Part shown: piece by piece, positions 13,101 through 28,100 of the stretch
Position numbering within the stretch: position 1 is the first letter of the stretch
Layout of the letters: each line of letters starts with the position of its first letter
Source of the DNA: Mytilus californianus
Lineage: Eukaryota
NCBI RefSeq assembly: GCF_021869535.1
Contig: NW_026262593.1
Coordinates: 21,266,001 to 21,330,000, forward strand
Direction of reading: 5' to 3'
DNA length: 64,000 bases
Notes under the pieces: model-generated
What the model was told of the DNA's origin: nothing
The model's input: only the letters and a program-made list of their open reading frames with translations
Databases searched by the model: none
Made by a program: the position numbers and the translations under genes

Positions 13101-16100
13101 CTTCAAAAGTCCAGAGGAGTTTAAAGATATTAAGGAAATGTTAAAAATGTGTAAATCTGAGATCCTTTAATAAAGTAGGATAGTGCAACAGATTTGATAT
13201 TTCATTTTCAGATACAAAATAGAGGACTTCATTGGTGAGGGAGCTTACTTGATAGACATCAGCTTTTCATTCTGTTTAGAGACAGGAAGTTGTGAATTTA
13301 CAGAAACTATCATCCAGGGTGTCAAGTTCCCTAAAAAGATATGTACATGGGATGATACATATAGGGTGAAAGGTAAAGATAATTTATAGACTATCATCCA
13401 GGGTGTCAAGTTCCCTAAAAAGAAATGTACATGGGATGATACATATAGGCTGAAAGGTAAAGATAATTTATAGAGACTATCATCCAGGGTGTCAAGTTCC
13501 CTAAAAAGAAATGTACATGGGATGATACATATAGGCTGAAAGGTAAAGATAATTTATAGAGACTAGCATCCAGGGTGTCAAGTTCCCTAAAAAGAAATTT
13601 ACATGGGATGATACATATAGGGTGAAAGGTAAAGATAATTTACAGACCATCATTCAGGGTGTCAAGTTCCCTAAAAAGAAATTTACATGGGATGATACAT
13701 ATAGAGTGAAAGGTAAAGATAATTTATAGAGATTATCATCCAGGGTGTCAAGTTCCCTAAAAAGAAATGTACATGGGATGATACATATAGGGTGAAAGGT
13801 AAAGATAATTTATAGAGACAATCATCCAGGGTGTCAAGTTCCCTAAAAAGATATGTACATGGGATGATACATATAGGCTGAAAGGTAAAGATAATTTATA
13901 GAGACTATCATCCAGGGTGTCAAGTTCCCTAAAAAGAAATGTACATGGGATGATACATATAGGCTGTAAGGTAAAGATAATTTATAGACTATCATCCAGG
14001 GTGTCAAGTTCCCTAAAAAGAAATGTACATGGGATGATACATATAGGGTGAATGGTAAAAATAATTTACAGAGACTAGCATCCAGGGTGTCAAGTTCCCT
14101 AAAAAGAAATGTACATGGGATGATACATATAGGGTGAAAGGTAAAAATAATTTACAGAGACTATCATCCAGGGTGTCAAGTTCCCTAAAAAGACATGTAC
14201 ATGGGATGATACATATAGGCTGAAAGGTAAAGATAATTTATAGAGACAATCATCCAGGGTGTCAAGTTCCCTAAAAAGAAATGTACATGGGATGATACAT
14301 ATAGGGTGAAAGGTAACGATAATTTATAGAGACTAGCATCCAGGGTGTCAAGTTCCCTAAAAAGAAATGTACATGGGATGATACATATAGGGTGAAAGGT
14401 AAAGATAATTTATAGAGACAATCATCCAGGGTGTCAAGTTCCCTAAAAAGATATGTACATGGGATGATACATATAGGCTGAAAGGTAAAGATAATTTATA
14501 GACTATCATCCAGGGTGTCAAGTTCCCTAAAAAGAAATGTACATGGGATGATACATATAGGGTGAATGGTAAAAATAATTTACAGAGACTAGCATCCAGG
14601 GTGTCAAGTTCCCTAAAAAGAAATGTACATGGGATGATACATATAGGGTGAAAGGTAAAAATAATTTACAGAGACTATCATCCAGGGTGTCAAGTTCCCT
14701 AAAAAGACATGTACATGGGATGATACATATAGGCTGAAAGGTAAAGATAATTTATAGAGACAATCATCCAGGGTGTCAAGTTCCCTAAAAAGAAATGTAC
14801 ATGGGATGATACATATAGGGTGAAAGGTAACGATAATTTATAGAGACTATCATCCAGGGTGTCAAGTTCCCTAAAAAAGAAATGTACATGGGATGATACA
14901 TATAGGGTGAAAGGTAAAGATAATTTATAGACTATCATCCAGGGTGTCAAGTTCCCTAAAAAGAAATGTACATGGGATGATACATATAGGCTGAAAGGTA
15001 AAGATAATTTATAGAGACTAGCATCCAGGGTGTCAAGTTCCCTAAAAAGGAATGTACATTGGATGATACATATAGGCTGAAAGGTAAAGATAATTTATAG
15101 AGACTAGCATCCAGGGTGTCAAGTTCCCTAAAAAGAAATGTACATGGGATGATACATATAGGCTGAAAGGTAAAGATAATTTATAGAGACTATCATCCAG
15201 GGTGTCAAGTTCCCTAAAAAGAAATTTACATGGGATGATACATATAGGGTGAAAGGTAAAGATAATTTATAGACTATCATCCAGGGTGTCAAGTTCCCTA
15301 AAAAGAAATGTACATGGGATGATACATATAGGGTGAAAGGTAAAGATAATTTATAGAGACTATCATCCAGGATGTCAAGTTCCCTAAAAAGATATGTACA
15401 TGGGATGATACATATAGGGTGAAAGGTAAAGATAATTTATAGACTATCATCCAGGGTGTCAAGTTCCCTAAAAAGAAATGTACATGGGATGATACATATA
15501 GGCTGAAAGGTAAAGATAATTTATAGAGACTGTCATCCAGGGTGTCAAGTTCCCTAAAAAGAAATGTACATTGGATGATACATATAGGGTGAAAGGTAAA
15601 GATAATTTATTGTAATGAAATATCAGACTGTTTGCCATTGAGACACTGTTAATGCTTAAGGGGCGGACCTGTATCCTCTATATATTTTTTGGATTTAATA
15701 GATATAAGGATATAAAATGTTGTTGAAAAAACTTCTAAATCTGCAGTGAACTATTTGAAACATCCTCAATTGAAACTCTGATGTCAGATAATTGTTTCAT
15801 CTAGTTGGATGAAAGGAATTTATGTTCAGCCCGCCCTCCATGTAATTTAGAGCTTGATTTTATGTCACTTATCAGTTGTTGAAACCATATGTTTAATCTT
15901 TAAATGTTTTTTTCTGTTCTTTTGTGTTGTTTGGTTGATTTCTTATTGACATTAATCACACATTCATTTATGTATTTATACAGAATGTATGAATGATTGT
16001 TTGAATTAGGATTCTGACTCTTACTGTTGGTAATTTCCAAACCTTGTCAACCACTGTGGCAAGTTAACTATGTGACAGAGGAGAGAACCAAACTTGAAAG

Positions 16101-19100
16101 GAAGACACATTCTATCAAAGAATATTTCTGTGTAACTGTTGTCCCAAATGAGCAACTTTGTGATTAGATGTCATATTTCATAGTTTAAAATGTTTTTTGG
16201 TGGATGTTGACAACAGATCTCTGTTTGTTTCTGTTAAAAGACATGGTGTGATAAGGTCCTTATTTGGCCTTATATTTTACTCAATTTTGATTGAAAATTT
16301 CCTTGTTTTTCTGCTTTTAAGTTGCACTTGTTTCTTGACTGACTGAACAAATTATGATACTTAGATTGTTTCTTCTAAACATGTTATTAAGTAAAAGAAA
16401 ATCAGTTAGTAATTTAAAATTCAACAATAATTGATAGTATTTTTACATGTGATATTTGATTTCAGACTTTTCACTGGATCAATGGAGTAGGGAGAGATCT
16501 ATTGATACAACCCAAGTTTACCCAGCTTATTACATCTCAGAACTTCTACAGAACTTGGACTTAACCAGATACTTTCAATTACCACAATGTAACCGATCTT
16601 CTGCTACATATGATTCACCAATCAATGGCTGGATAAAAGGTAAGACGATTTTGGCAGCGATGAGTCATAACAATAAAGCGCTTTTTGCATCTGTAAGTAG
16701 ACACCTTCTTCCTGTTTTCCAAAACTTTGAATTAGGAATGGTGGTATGCTTAGCACAACAATGTGTGCATTCTTATTTTTAGTATGTTTGTTTTGTTTCA
16801 AATTTTGCAAAGTAAATAATTTTCACACTTTCAAGGGACCTTGGACATGTAAAACATTTAAGCATGGCATTTGCAAATTGTTGATATATGATTTGCCTTA
16901 AAACAATGTCCTTAATATGTCTGAAATACTTTTGACTGGAATTAAAGCATCCATCTATAAAATTCTAAAAATGATTGAACAAAAAAAAAATCAACTTGAA
17001 GAAAAGAAGGGTGGTGATAAAAGGTAGTAAAATTCTCAATGACTCATTCGTAACAGATTCATGATGTAAAGAATTGATTTAGGTGTTTATTGAGTTTGAA
17101 TGTGGTATGATTGCCAATGAGACAACTATCCACCAAATTACAAAAGTAGTGGATGTAAGCATCAGACAATCGATATGTAGCAGGATTTTCCACTTGAATA
17201 GCAAGAAATTTTAACACATGAGAGTACTCACAAGGTCAAAAGTGCATGTACAGCTTCCCATATTAGGTGTAATACCACCATTGATTTTCCCCTATTAGTC
17301 TTTGTTAAATTTGCACTTTTCAAAAAATTGTGCAGAATTTATCTTTGCTTCAATTAAAGAAATACTTGGCATGAGTAAAGTTTTATCCTGTCCAGTACTA
17401 TAGAAAAAATTTCACATAACATTTCATTGCATATAAGAAAACAACCATCACTGGAAATGAACCAATCAAATTTCCCCCTTTTATTAACCTGAGTACAAGC
17501 TTTAGTAACCATGTAACCTCAAGTTTCCAAAATATTCTATAGAAACCCCAAATAAAAAAATAATGGTGCTTTTAAATACCCAAGATACATGTATATGTTT
17601 ATGACCCAGAAATGTTTTACTGCAATGAAATGTAGGATTAATTACCTACAACTGTTAAATTCAAGGGAATATTTTTTTTCGACCTATTTTCGTATGCAAC
17701 CGGATGTGACGTACTATGATTTGGTGGTATTACACCTAAAGAAGACTTTTTTGTTGAATAAACTGAATGTGACTTTTTTCCTTTGTAATACTGGTTATTT
17801 CAAGCATTCCTGTCAAGTTTTGTCATAATCAGTTCAATAGTTTGAGAAAAATCTAGTATAATGTAAGATGACATCTACAGCGATTCGAGCAAAATTTCTT
17901 CGAAAGATCCAAACCAAGCCGCATCATGATAGAATATAGTGTGGACCAATAAATTATGAAATATTTATCTCATCTGCCTACAAACAGTTGAATATGGTAC
18001 AAACGATGACTTTAGGATGATAAATACCACTAATGGACCTCTTTGTCTTCCTTATAAGGTCTGTTTTGGTCCATTTATACCTCTCATTTCCTCAAAATTT
18101 CAACTTTTTAGGTCAATAAATTAAAATTTTGGGGTAACTTTCACTCATTTATGATAGAAATGTTATAATAAATGAATAATTAAAGTATTCAAGCTGAATG
18201 AACTATCAATATAAAAGTTTACAGTCTCCAAGGAGGTTTCAATAAGTCCTTACGTAAAACTTAAATTTACGCCATGTTCCAGAGAGGGACATAAAAGCTT
18301 CTCTTCTAGTGAATAATTTGTTGTTACTGCTTTAAAAATAATTTCATTTACTTATAACTATATATTTATTAAAGTATTTCTTAGGAAAAATTTTCTATTA
18401 TAGCAGAATATAAGAAATAAGGAGAAAAAGCTCCCCAAAACACTAAGTATGGCTTGTTCTGTCAACTAATATTCATGGTTGAGTCCTAGTTCAAGGAAAT
18501 TTTCTCATAAAATGTGTTTTGGAGACTTAATCCACTCAAAATATTTCATTTTTTGTAATATTCCACTTGAATAGCAAGAAATTTTAACACATGAGAGTAC
18601 TCACAAGGTCAAAAGTGCATGTACAGCTTCCCATATTAGGTGTAATACCAACATTGATTTTCCCCTATTAGTCTTTGTTAAATTTGCACTTTTCAAAAAA
18701 TTGTGCAAAATTTATCTTTGCTTCAAATAAAGAAATACTTGGCATGAGTAAAGTTTTATCCTGTCCAGTACTATAGAAAAAATTTCACATAACATTTCAT
18801 TGCATATAAGAAAATAACCATCACTGGAAATGAACCAATCAAATTTCCCCCTTTTATTAACCTGTGTACAAGCTTTAGTAACCATGTAACCTCAAGTTTC
18901 CAAAATATTCTATAGAAACCCCAAATAAAAAAATAATGGTGCTTTTAAATACCCAAGATACATGTATATGACCCAGAAATGTTTAACTGCAATGAAATGT
19001 AGGATTAATTACCTTCAACTGTTAAATTCAAGGGAATATTTTTTTTCAACCTATTTTCGTATGCAACCGGATGTGACGTACTATGATTTGGTGGTATTAC

Positions 19101-22100
19101 ACCTATAAACAAAATGATTTGATTTCAGATTGTAATGACACAGAAGTCGTACCTATTTCTACCAATCCAATGACATGTCGACTGAAGTCAGACTGTGCTG
19201 CTATCAGCTGTTGTTTAGATGAGAAATTTATCAGCAAGACCTTTGTAGTGGTCTTTGAGATAGATGACTGTGAGAGAAAGATATACATTGGAATAGAAAA
19301 ACTGAAGTTCTATATTCCTCTACATGACTTTGAATTTGGTAAGATTTGTGTGAATAAAAGAAGACACACATTTGGACTTTAGTATTATTATTCATAAATT
19401 TTTCCCCATTTTTTGTAAAAATTTTGTAAGGTGTTTAATGAATGATTTCAAAAATACCTCTCATGAAGTCAAATTTTGTTTTCTAAAATTTCTAAGATTT
19501 ATTGAAATAATCAATTTTAAAATCCAACCAAGCTTTTAAAATGACTTAGGTTATCAAGTATTCAGAAATAATTGGATCTAACCATAGTCTATAACCACCC
19601 AAGCCTATAGATTTTGATACTTGTGTCTACTTATTTTCTTACAGATACATGGCATGAATTCAGTTTAGTAAAGACAATCCGCATAAGGTGAGCTATAGGT
19701 AGTTACTGAAAATAGGTTGTTGACTCATTGATAAAGAAATCTGCATTTATTGATATTCTGTCATTGATGAATAGGAAAGAGAGCAATCAATTTCTAAAGA
19801 TAGCAAATTTCTGATAATAAAAAATTGGTTTCAGAAGAAATGTTTTTTTTTTGTGGATTTATTTTAAAATGATTTGTTCTCATGTTTTAATTTTCAAGAA
19901 TAAATATATTTAAGGAGATGTGGTATGTTAAATAATATTTTGACCACTTCCTTTGAGAATCAGAACCAGGTTTACATTAGACAGAAAAAAGTGGAAACAA
20001 GAATTTTAATGATAGAATGAATTTAACTTTAGGTACAATGTATATAATCTATGGAGTGAAGGAGTATATATGGTGTCCTTGGAGATATCGTCCTGCTGGG
20101 AGAGGTATGGTAGTTGTGCTTGGACCCAATCTGTACTGGACTATGCAAGGTTTAAAAAGCAGATGTGTGCTTCACAAATGGCATACCAGAATGCAGGTAT
20201 GAATTGACAATGGTATAATTACATAATACATATTTAGTAGTAATTTATTGGTAAAAAAAAATTGAAAACGAATTTGTATTACTTAGTTACTTTTTAAATG
20301 ACTTTGTACACATTATATTTGTTAATTAATTTTTTTTTTAAATGAACTGTGTGATTGTAATTTAGAAAATGATAAAAAAAAATCACCAACTAACAGTTGA
20401 TTCTTAATACGCTCAAAAATTAAAAGTTGTTTTGCTTAAGATGCCACATTATGTTTTGGTTTGTAGATGAATTTAAGTAATTTGAATGATTTCTAGTACA
20501 AGTGGCTACTTTATTTTACAAAGCTTCCCACTCTTTTTACATCAGATAATTTTCAAATATGAAAAAAAAATGTACCCAGACATGATTGCTGATCATTTGT
20601 GTAGGCAATTCCAAACATACAAATTAAGACTAGATGTATGAAGACAAATTTAATTTGATTTCAGGCTTCTCTCTGACAACATGGGCTACAAGTAGAAGCA
20701 TTGACAAGGATGCTATGACTAAAACGGACCTTACACGACTCTACGATGAACTGGACATTGCTTGGTATCTAAAGAACACATGTGACTTTGAAATGTCACC
20801 GTTTATAGCTAATGGATGGAATAATAGTAAGTATTAATTCCTTGTTTACAGTTTTATATATTAAATTTGATTGTAACACGTAGTTGGAAACACCTTTGAG
20901 GCCTGGCAATATGATTAAGATCTTCTATACTAGGACAAAAAATCTTATGGAGTGAAGTGAAAGGTCTGATTTTAAGATGTGAGAAGGGGGATGGGGAGAT
21001 AGATAAAATGTTTTCCAGCAAAGTTGTGAATGCATTGTATAGAACAATCTCTGATACTGGTTTGTTTAAAAATTTAAAGATTTGTAAACCAGAGATGTCT
21101 AGTCACTACACAGTATCTTCCAAAGATACTTTAAAATAATTAGCATATTTGTCTTACGTTATCTGCATTTTACATTATTATTGACACAATTTAGCATTAT
21201 TGCACTAAATGCTAGGTGACAATAACCAATTCTCCACTATTTTAATACCATTTGTTATGGTTTAACATCAAGAAGTTCGAGCTCTATGTCAGTTAAGTTT
21301 ATCAACATTATCTTGTGCTGAATTGCATAACATATATGTGTCCATGTTAATAAAAGAATCAATCACTTAATCATTGTATATGTATTTAAATTCTTAAAGG
21401 TTTTTTTTTCTTTATTTTGGCTGAACTTTTTCTTTTTTATAATAAGTCGCTAATAATATATTTTGTTTCAGCTTGTAGTTCAACCATTAACAACTTACCC
21501 ATGTTATCCAGTGGTACTTCATGTTATATATCTGATGTATGTACAGATGTAAGATGCTGTGTTTCTGTACCATTATTGGGTAACCATACATTTGATTTCT
21601 CACTTAATTTGGATGGATGTACACAGTTCATGGAGATAAGTTTGGAGAATTACAAGGAACAACTCATGTTGAGGGACTATACTTTTGGAGTGGAGAATTA
21701 TCTGTGGATTAAAGGAGTATTGAGACTCAAGTAGGTGTTTTTTCTAAAATAACTTCAAACCAAGCACAATAGCAAAAATTTGATTTTCCATGAAATTCCA
21801 TGAAAACTGATAAAATCCCATTTTGTTTTAGGACCAGAAATATAATGTGCATGCATTGCCAAAAAAGGTCTTCTAACATTATGTTTTTATAACAAATTAT
21901 TTATCTGATTGATTATTTAGTTTGTTGAACCCAGCTTTTTATGTTGCCTAGACCTAAATGTTGTTGAAATCTAGATGATTTTCTGGACTTTCACCAAAAT
22001 CCCTACTTTTGGCCTATATATGCAGTAAATGTTGAAGCTTAATAAGATGAGCTGACAATACCACTTCTATTTCTATTTCTTACATGTCTTTTCATCAATT

Positions 22101-25100
22101 TTAAACACCTGTTATTTTGAAATGATGGCCTTTCCAGGCAAATTACTAGTAAGACCACTACAGAACTTACTCCTTTGTGATCTTAATATATACTATTTAG
22201 ATTTTACAATTTTATTGTTACTGGAAAATCTAAACTTAAAAAAGTTATCAAAACCGATTGTAAGATGCATATGTATTGGCAGCTAAAGCCACTCTAACAG
22301 GATTAATTTATAAAGGATGACTGCAAGATACTTTAACACAGGATAAATGTTATGATTATTTTTCTATCCAGGTACACAATAGATGATTTGCCAGACCAGA
22401 ATCTGTACAGAGTATCTGTTATGTTTGAGGTGTGTACCACCAATGGTGCACCATGTGAGTACAGCCTCACAGTAATGGACAGCATTGAATTACCTAGACC
22501 ATCATGTCTCCCACATTGGAGTTATGGATATGCTGAAGTTGGTAGGTTTACTTACATCATTTTCATTGATATTCATTTGATGTCAGTCATATCAGAGTGG
22601 CGGTAAAAGGGGGTGTCCTCCCGAATTCCAGAAAAAATGAAGTATTCTTTCCCTTGATCCGAAAAATAAATCAATAATTCCTGAGTCACGATAGGTGTAA
22701 ATCCTAAATTCCGTTGAAAATATAGGCCCAATCCTGAATTCCTGCCAAAATAAAGGCCCAATCTAAACATCCTGAAAAAGGTCTTTCCGCCCCTGATTTT
22801 ATGCTACGTTTTGGGGTAAAGTATATATAATGGATTCTTCACATGTTTTACTTTTGTAAGATTTAGGGGAAAGCATGATAAGGACTTAAAAGGATGTGTC
22901 ACAATATTTCTATGATATTATTTATTTTGGTCAAAGAACCTTCAGGCCTCAATATTTAATGAAGAGTTTTTCGCTTTTTATGAAACTTGAAGGAAATAGA
23001 GATACAACAATTCCTCCTCTTTTCATGTGAATTAGTTAACCTTTCATTTGTTTCAGGTTTTACAAAGGAACAGTGGAAGACAAGCCGAGGCCTTGAAGAT
23101 GATGCTACACTAAACTCCTGGCAGATTTCCAAGTTATTGGAAGAAACAGAATTAGCTCTTTACCAAAACAAACCTCGCTGTAATCGTACAATGGGAGACT
23201 ACCAAGGATCTCAAGATGGCTGGGTTAACAGTAAATATCAAATAGTCCCATTATTTAATCAAGCTTGCAATATTATAAGTATGGAGGAAAAATTCTTCAA
23301 CAAAATGTAGAATAAAAGTAAGACTCCATGCTGAATGAAAGCTTATTTTTGTATTAAAGTGTTTTTTATGAAAAGATCTTTTCCCTTATTTTAAATGAAA
23401 AGAACTTTTTTTGCAAATAATCAAAAATGAATCACCATAAGTTTTACTCACTCAAGTAACCATAGTATGCAACAAATTTAAACACAAGATAAATTCAGGT
23501 TTCATCCTTTTTACAGTTGCTTTATTTAAAAAATGATGTAAAATAAGTCAATAACCAACAACAAAATAAGAAAAAAAAAGAGCAGGAATTCAAATTCATT
23601 ATTCATCAACCAGCCATATAGATTGCAAATAATTGTAAAATTGAAAATTAAAATTAGCTTAATTTCAAATGTAATTATGACATGTTTGTTTACAGACTGT
23701 ACATTAGGAGTATCCCCTGGTGTCTTGGATGGAGATATTGTTTGTTTAAAACCTTATATCTATGTTTGTTTACAGACAGTACACTAGGAGTATCCCCTGG
23801 TGTCTTGGATGGAGATATTGTTTGTTTAAAACCTTATGTCTATGTTTTTTTACAGACTGTACACTAGGAGTATCCCCTGGTGTCTTGGATGGAGATATTG
23901 TTTGTTTAAAACCTTATATCTATGTTTGTTTACAGACTGTACACTAGGAGTATCCCCTGGTGTCTTGGATGGAGATATTGTTTGTTTAAAACCTTATGTC
24001 TATGTTTGTTTACAGACAGTACACTAGGAGTATCCCCTGGTGTCTTGGATGGAGATATTGTTTGTTTAAAACCTTATGTCTATGTTTGTTTACAGACTGT
24101 ACACTAGGAGTATCCCCTGGTATCTTGGATGGAGATATTGTTTGTTTAAAACCTTATGTCTATGTTTGTTTACAGACTGTACACTAGGAGTATCCCCTGG
24201 TGTCTTGGATGGAGATATTGTTTGTTTAAAACCTTATGTCTATGTTTTTTTACAGACTGTACACTAGGAGTATCTCCTGGTGTCTTGGATGGAAATATTG
24301 TTTGTTTAAAACCTTATATCTATGTTTGTTTACAGACAGTACACTAGGAGTATCCCCTGGTGTCTTTGATGGAGATATTGTTTGTTTAAAACCTTATATC
24401 TATGTTTGTTTACAGACTGTACACTAGGAGTATCCCCTGGTGTCTTGGATGGAGATATTGTTTGTTTGATTGGTAGTAAATGTTCTGAAGTGTCCTGCTG
24501 TGTCAATGACCCTGAGACCATGAGTGACTTCAATGCCTACCTAAGTCTGGATCCATGTGAATTCACCTTACTAATTGGAGTAGAGAAATACAGCTTCGAA
24601 GTCTCTCTCATTGGTTTTGATTTTGGTGAGTATGGGTTACTGTTCTATATTTAATTGTTGATTATATTTCTTTATATTTAATGCATTGTAATCTATTGGT
24701 TTGCATTTGGAGAAATGTCTATATCCTTTGCCATTCAAAGTAGATTGTGAATATAGATTTACTCATGTTTATCGGATTTCATTATGTGAAAATTTGGTAT
24801 GGTCTCACATTTTTGTTATAAAGTAATGTTCTAGTCTTAGACTTCTAAATCCAAAGAAATAAAGAAAAGAAAAGATAACTTTTTATGTTCATTATTATTT
24901 ATTGAGATAAAAATATTTGTGTATTTTATACTTTCAGAGAAGAGTTATGAGCTGGACCTTGGTGGTATATACAGAGTTAGGTAATAAATTAGAATTAAAC
25001 AAATAAGCAAACCCATTGTGTCATGAAATTTAAAGCAACGATCTGCATAGCATAGCATATGCAATATTTTTGTATATATCTGTGAATGAAATTAATCTTT

Positions 25101-28100
25101 ACTTTTCAATGAAATTACCCTTTATTTTTTAATGAAACTGTTATTTATTTCTTGGAATTCTTCTAATTAAATATAAAAGGGCTTATTGTCAGGGCCTTTT
25201 ATAGCTGACTATATTGTAGGGTTTTTTCTCATTGTTGAAGGCAGTACGGTTGCCTATAATTGCTTACACCCACTTCATTTGAACTTTGGTGGATAGTTGT
25301 CTCATTGGCAATCATACCACATCTCCTTATTTTTTTATTACATATGTAGTAGTCAATGATTTGACTAATATATGGAAAAAAATCCAGAAGGAAGACGTTC
25401 CTTTTCTTTATTTAGTTTGCACAACACTTACTAATATCATATCCTAATTTACAATTTTGTTTTTGATTTTGCCATTCAACTGTTTTGAATCAAGCACCAT
25501 TGACAAGTCTTAAGCAGATGAAATGCGTGCCTAGCCTACCAACTTAAATGCCTGGTATCATTGATGAGTTTTTACACTTATTCAGCTAAAGCAGATGTAA
25601 TGGCGAGAATTGCTACTCTGCAAAAACTATTCTATTCTAATAGGCAAGTGTCAAAACAAAGGTTTATAGAATATTTTTGTTATGATTTAAGAAGCATGAT
25701 ATTTGTTTTATGCCTTTTATAAGAGACAAAATTCAAATATCTTGGATAATATAAAAATAAGGAGATGAGGTATGATTGCCAATGAGACAACTATCCACCA
25801 AAGTTCAAATGAAGTGGTTGAAAGCAATTATAGGCCACCCTACGGCCTTCAACAATAAGAAAAACCAATACTGTATAGTCGGCTATAAAAGACCCAGACA
25901 TAAAAAATATGAAACTTTTCAATTGAGAAAACTAACTGCCAAATTTATAACAAAACAATTATGAAAATTAAAGCATTCTTTTATCAGATGGTTTTGATAG
26001 TTTTGTACAGTAGATATTTTGTAAACTGGTTTTGATATTATTGGTTTGTTGACTCATTGGCATTTATCCTTTAATTCATATTTGAATAATTAAATGTAGA
26101 ATGTAAGGATATTGTAAAAGTCGCAAGGTTGAGATTTGAATATTTAAATGTAGTAAGTAACGATATGTGAAGGTCACTGTGTTAAGATTTGAATTGTTTC
26201 TGTAGGTTGCAGTCTTGTAATTGACTGCTCCGTAGGCTTACATGCAAAACAGCTGATCTTTGAAAATTTTTTAAAATAAAATGCTACGTACATAGAAAAT
26301 TTTTTTCATGTGCATATCATGTATGTAGTAATGTGAAATTGTGATTTAATCGAAAAAAAAGTGGGTCATGCCACAAAGAATAAAAAGTTATGTAACCCTG
26401 AAATCAAAACTATTTTTTTCTACTTTCTGTTTGCTGTTTTTACTAGGCCGCACCACTTCCAGTAAACATGATATCCTTCCACTTTCCTGGTTAGATATCC
26501 CCAAAAAGATGCAAGATTTTTTAAATCAACTCAGCATAAACTTTTAATCAAACAGAAAAAATTGAGTCCAGAAAAAAATTCAGAAAAAATGGACTATTTT
26601 ATTTCGCGCCATGTTTTGACATGCACCGGAAACTGGAGTTGTAATACAAGACTGGTACCTGTAGAATGATGCAACTTTCTGGTTATTTATAGCATATGTT
26701 TACCAATAAATCTTGCTAAAATTTGAAATATTCAAATGAGTTTGATTAAATATTTTCCAGTTTCTTACTTTCATTGTTATTATTCTTTTTACTTAATGTG
26801 ATTGTAATGATAATAGAATATAAATGATGTTTTATTAAAAAACGATTAGAAGCCATCCTCAAATTAACGGATTGTCACAATATTGATTGTAGTCTTTGAA
26901 AGTTTTTGCCACTTGATTAAATCTTGTGAATCAAAATGCTCATAAATGAACTTTTACTGCCATGTTTTTCATCAAAGGTATTTTCACTGGTATAATCTTG
27001 TCCTGTTTGAATCCAAACATGATCACCTTCATTCACTTGGCAAATAACAAACTGAGAAGTTTGAATGTACCCAGCTGCTGATCCTAAGTTTAGGATTTGC
27101 TCAGCTTTTACAACATTATCAACTCTGAGTTCTGTATCAATAATTTTCCCTTGGTATGTGCATATTGTCCAAGCGAACATAAAGACACCAGATACAGTTG
27201 ATACAAATACACCATCTCCAGAGTTGAAGTTTGCTCCTTCATCAAACTGAATCTCGTTGAATTTCACGATAGAATTTATGTTTAGTACAGTATCCGATGA
27301 CAAAGTCACATAAAACATTACATGTTCATCCTTCTTTCCTGAAAATAGCATAAAAAGAATATTTATATTAACATTAAAAATTCGTGAAGTTAAAAAATAC
27401 CATCAGTATTTTCAAATGCATAAACTAGTCTACAGCACTTTTCACCATAATTGTCACACCAAATGTGTTTGCATAGAATGAACATAAAACTACACTTGGA
27501 AAACAATTAGTCAAAATGAATGAACAAGGGAAAAAATGAACTTTTAAGTGTTGTAACAACATTATTTTTTATTTTACTGTTGAAAACTTTCTTGAGTTAC
27601 AGCATGTTTTTTTTCAACTTTTCTCAGAGCATGTCACAAAATTAATTTAGGCTAGACAATGAGTGCAGACAAATTTATCTCTGCCACATGTGACAAATTC
27701 TGCAGAAAATAAATTTATTACTGGCAAAACACACTATATGTGTTTATTCTTATTCATGTCTTCAGTCCTAGACATTAGTAAAGAAATATTAAGAAGCTGA
27801 AATGTTAGGTATATTATGTCATTGTGCCAGTGATTTAAAGACACAAAAGAAGAACTTACTTTTAGATAACTTTGTAACTTCATTGGTCAGATTTAAAATC
27901 CTCTGCTCCATTTTCTCCAAGGAGTTTTCCATTAAGTCCATTCTGCTATCAGCAACTGTTTCATTTTGAATAGACTTTGATGGAACTACTTTCAGTACTA
28001 CAAAAAAAAAACCATAACCTAAGAAGAAAATCCATCATTGTTCAAGCTTAGTTCATAAAACTATAAAAAAAAATGACTGAATTAAGTAAAATTAATATTG

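Noticed and set aside
13306-15610. CRISPR-like regular array (also 23682-24470)
   Set aside because: Units are repeated end to end with no unique spacers, derive from host exon/intron junctions, and the context is eukaryotic.
17188-19105. LTR retrotransposon or TRIM with 550-bp LTRs
   Set aside because: No TG..CA termini, PBS, PPT or TSD; each repeat instead contains its own TIR pair.
23682-24427. Eight near-identical 61-63-aa ORFs
   Set aside because: Frame-rotating read-through of an 80-bp repeat; only the part matching exon 24416 is coding.
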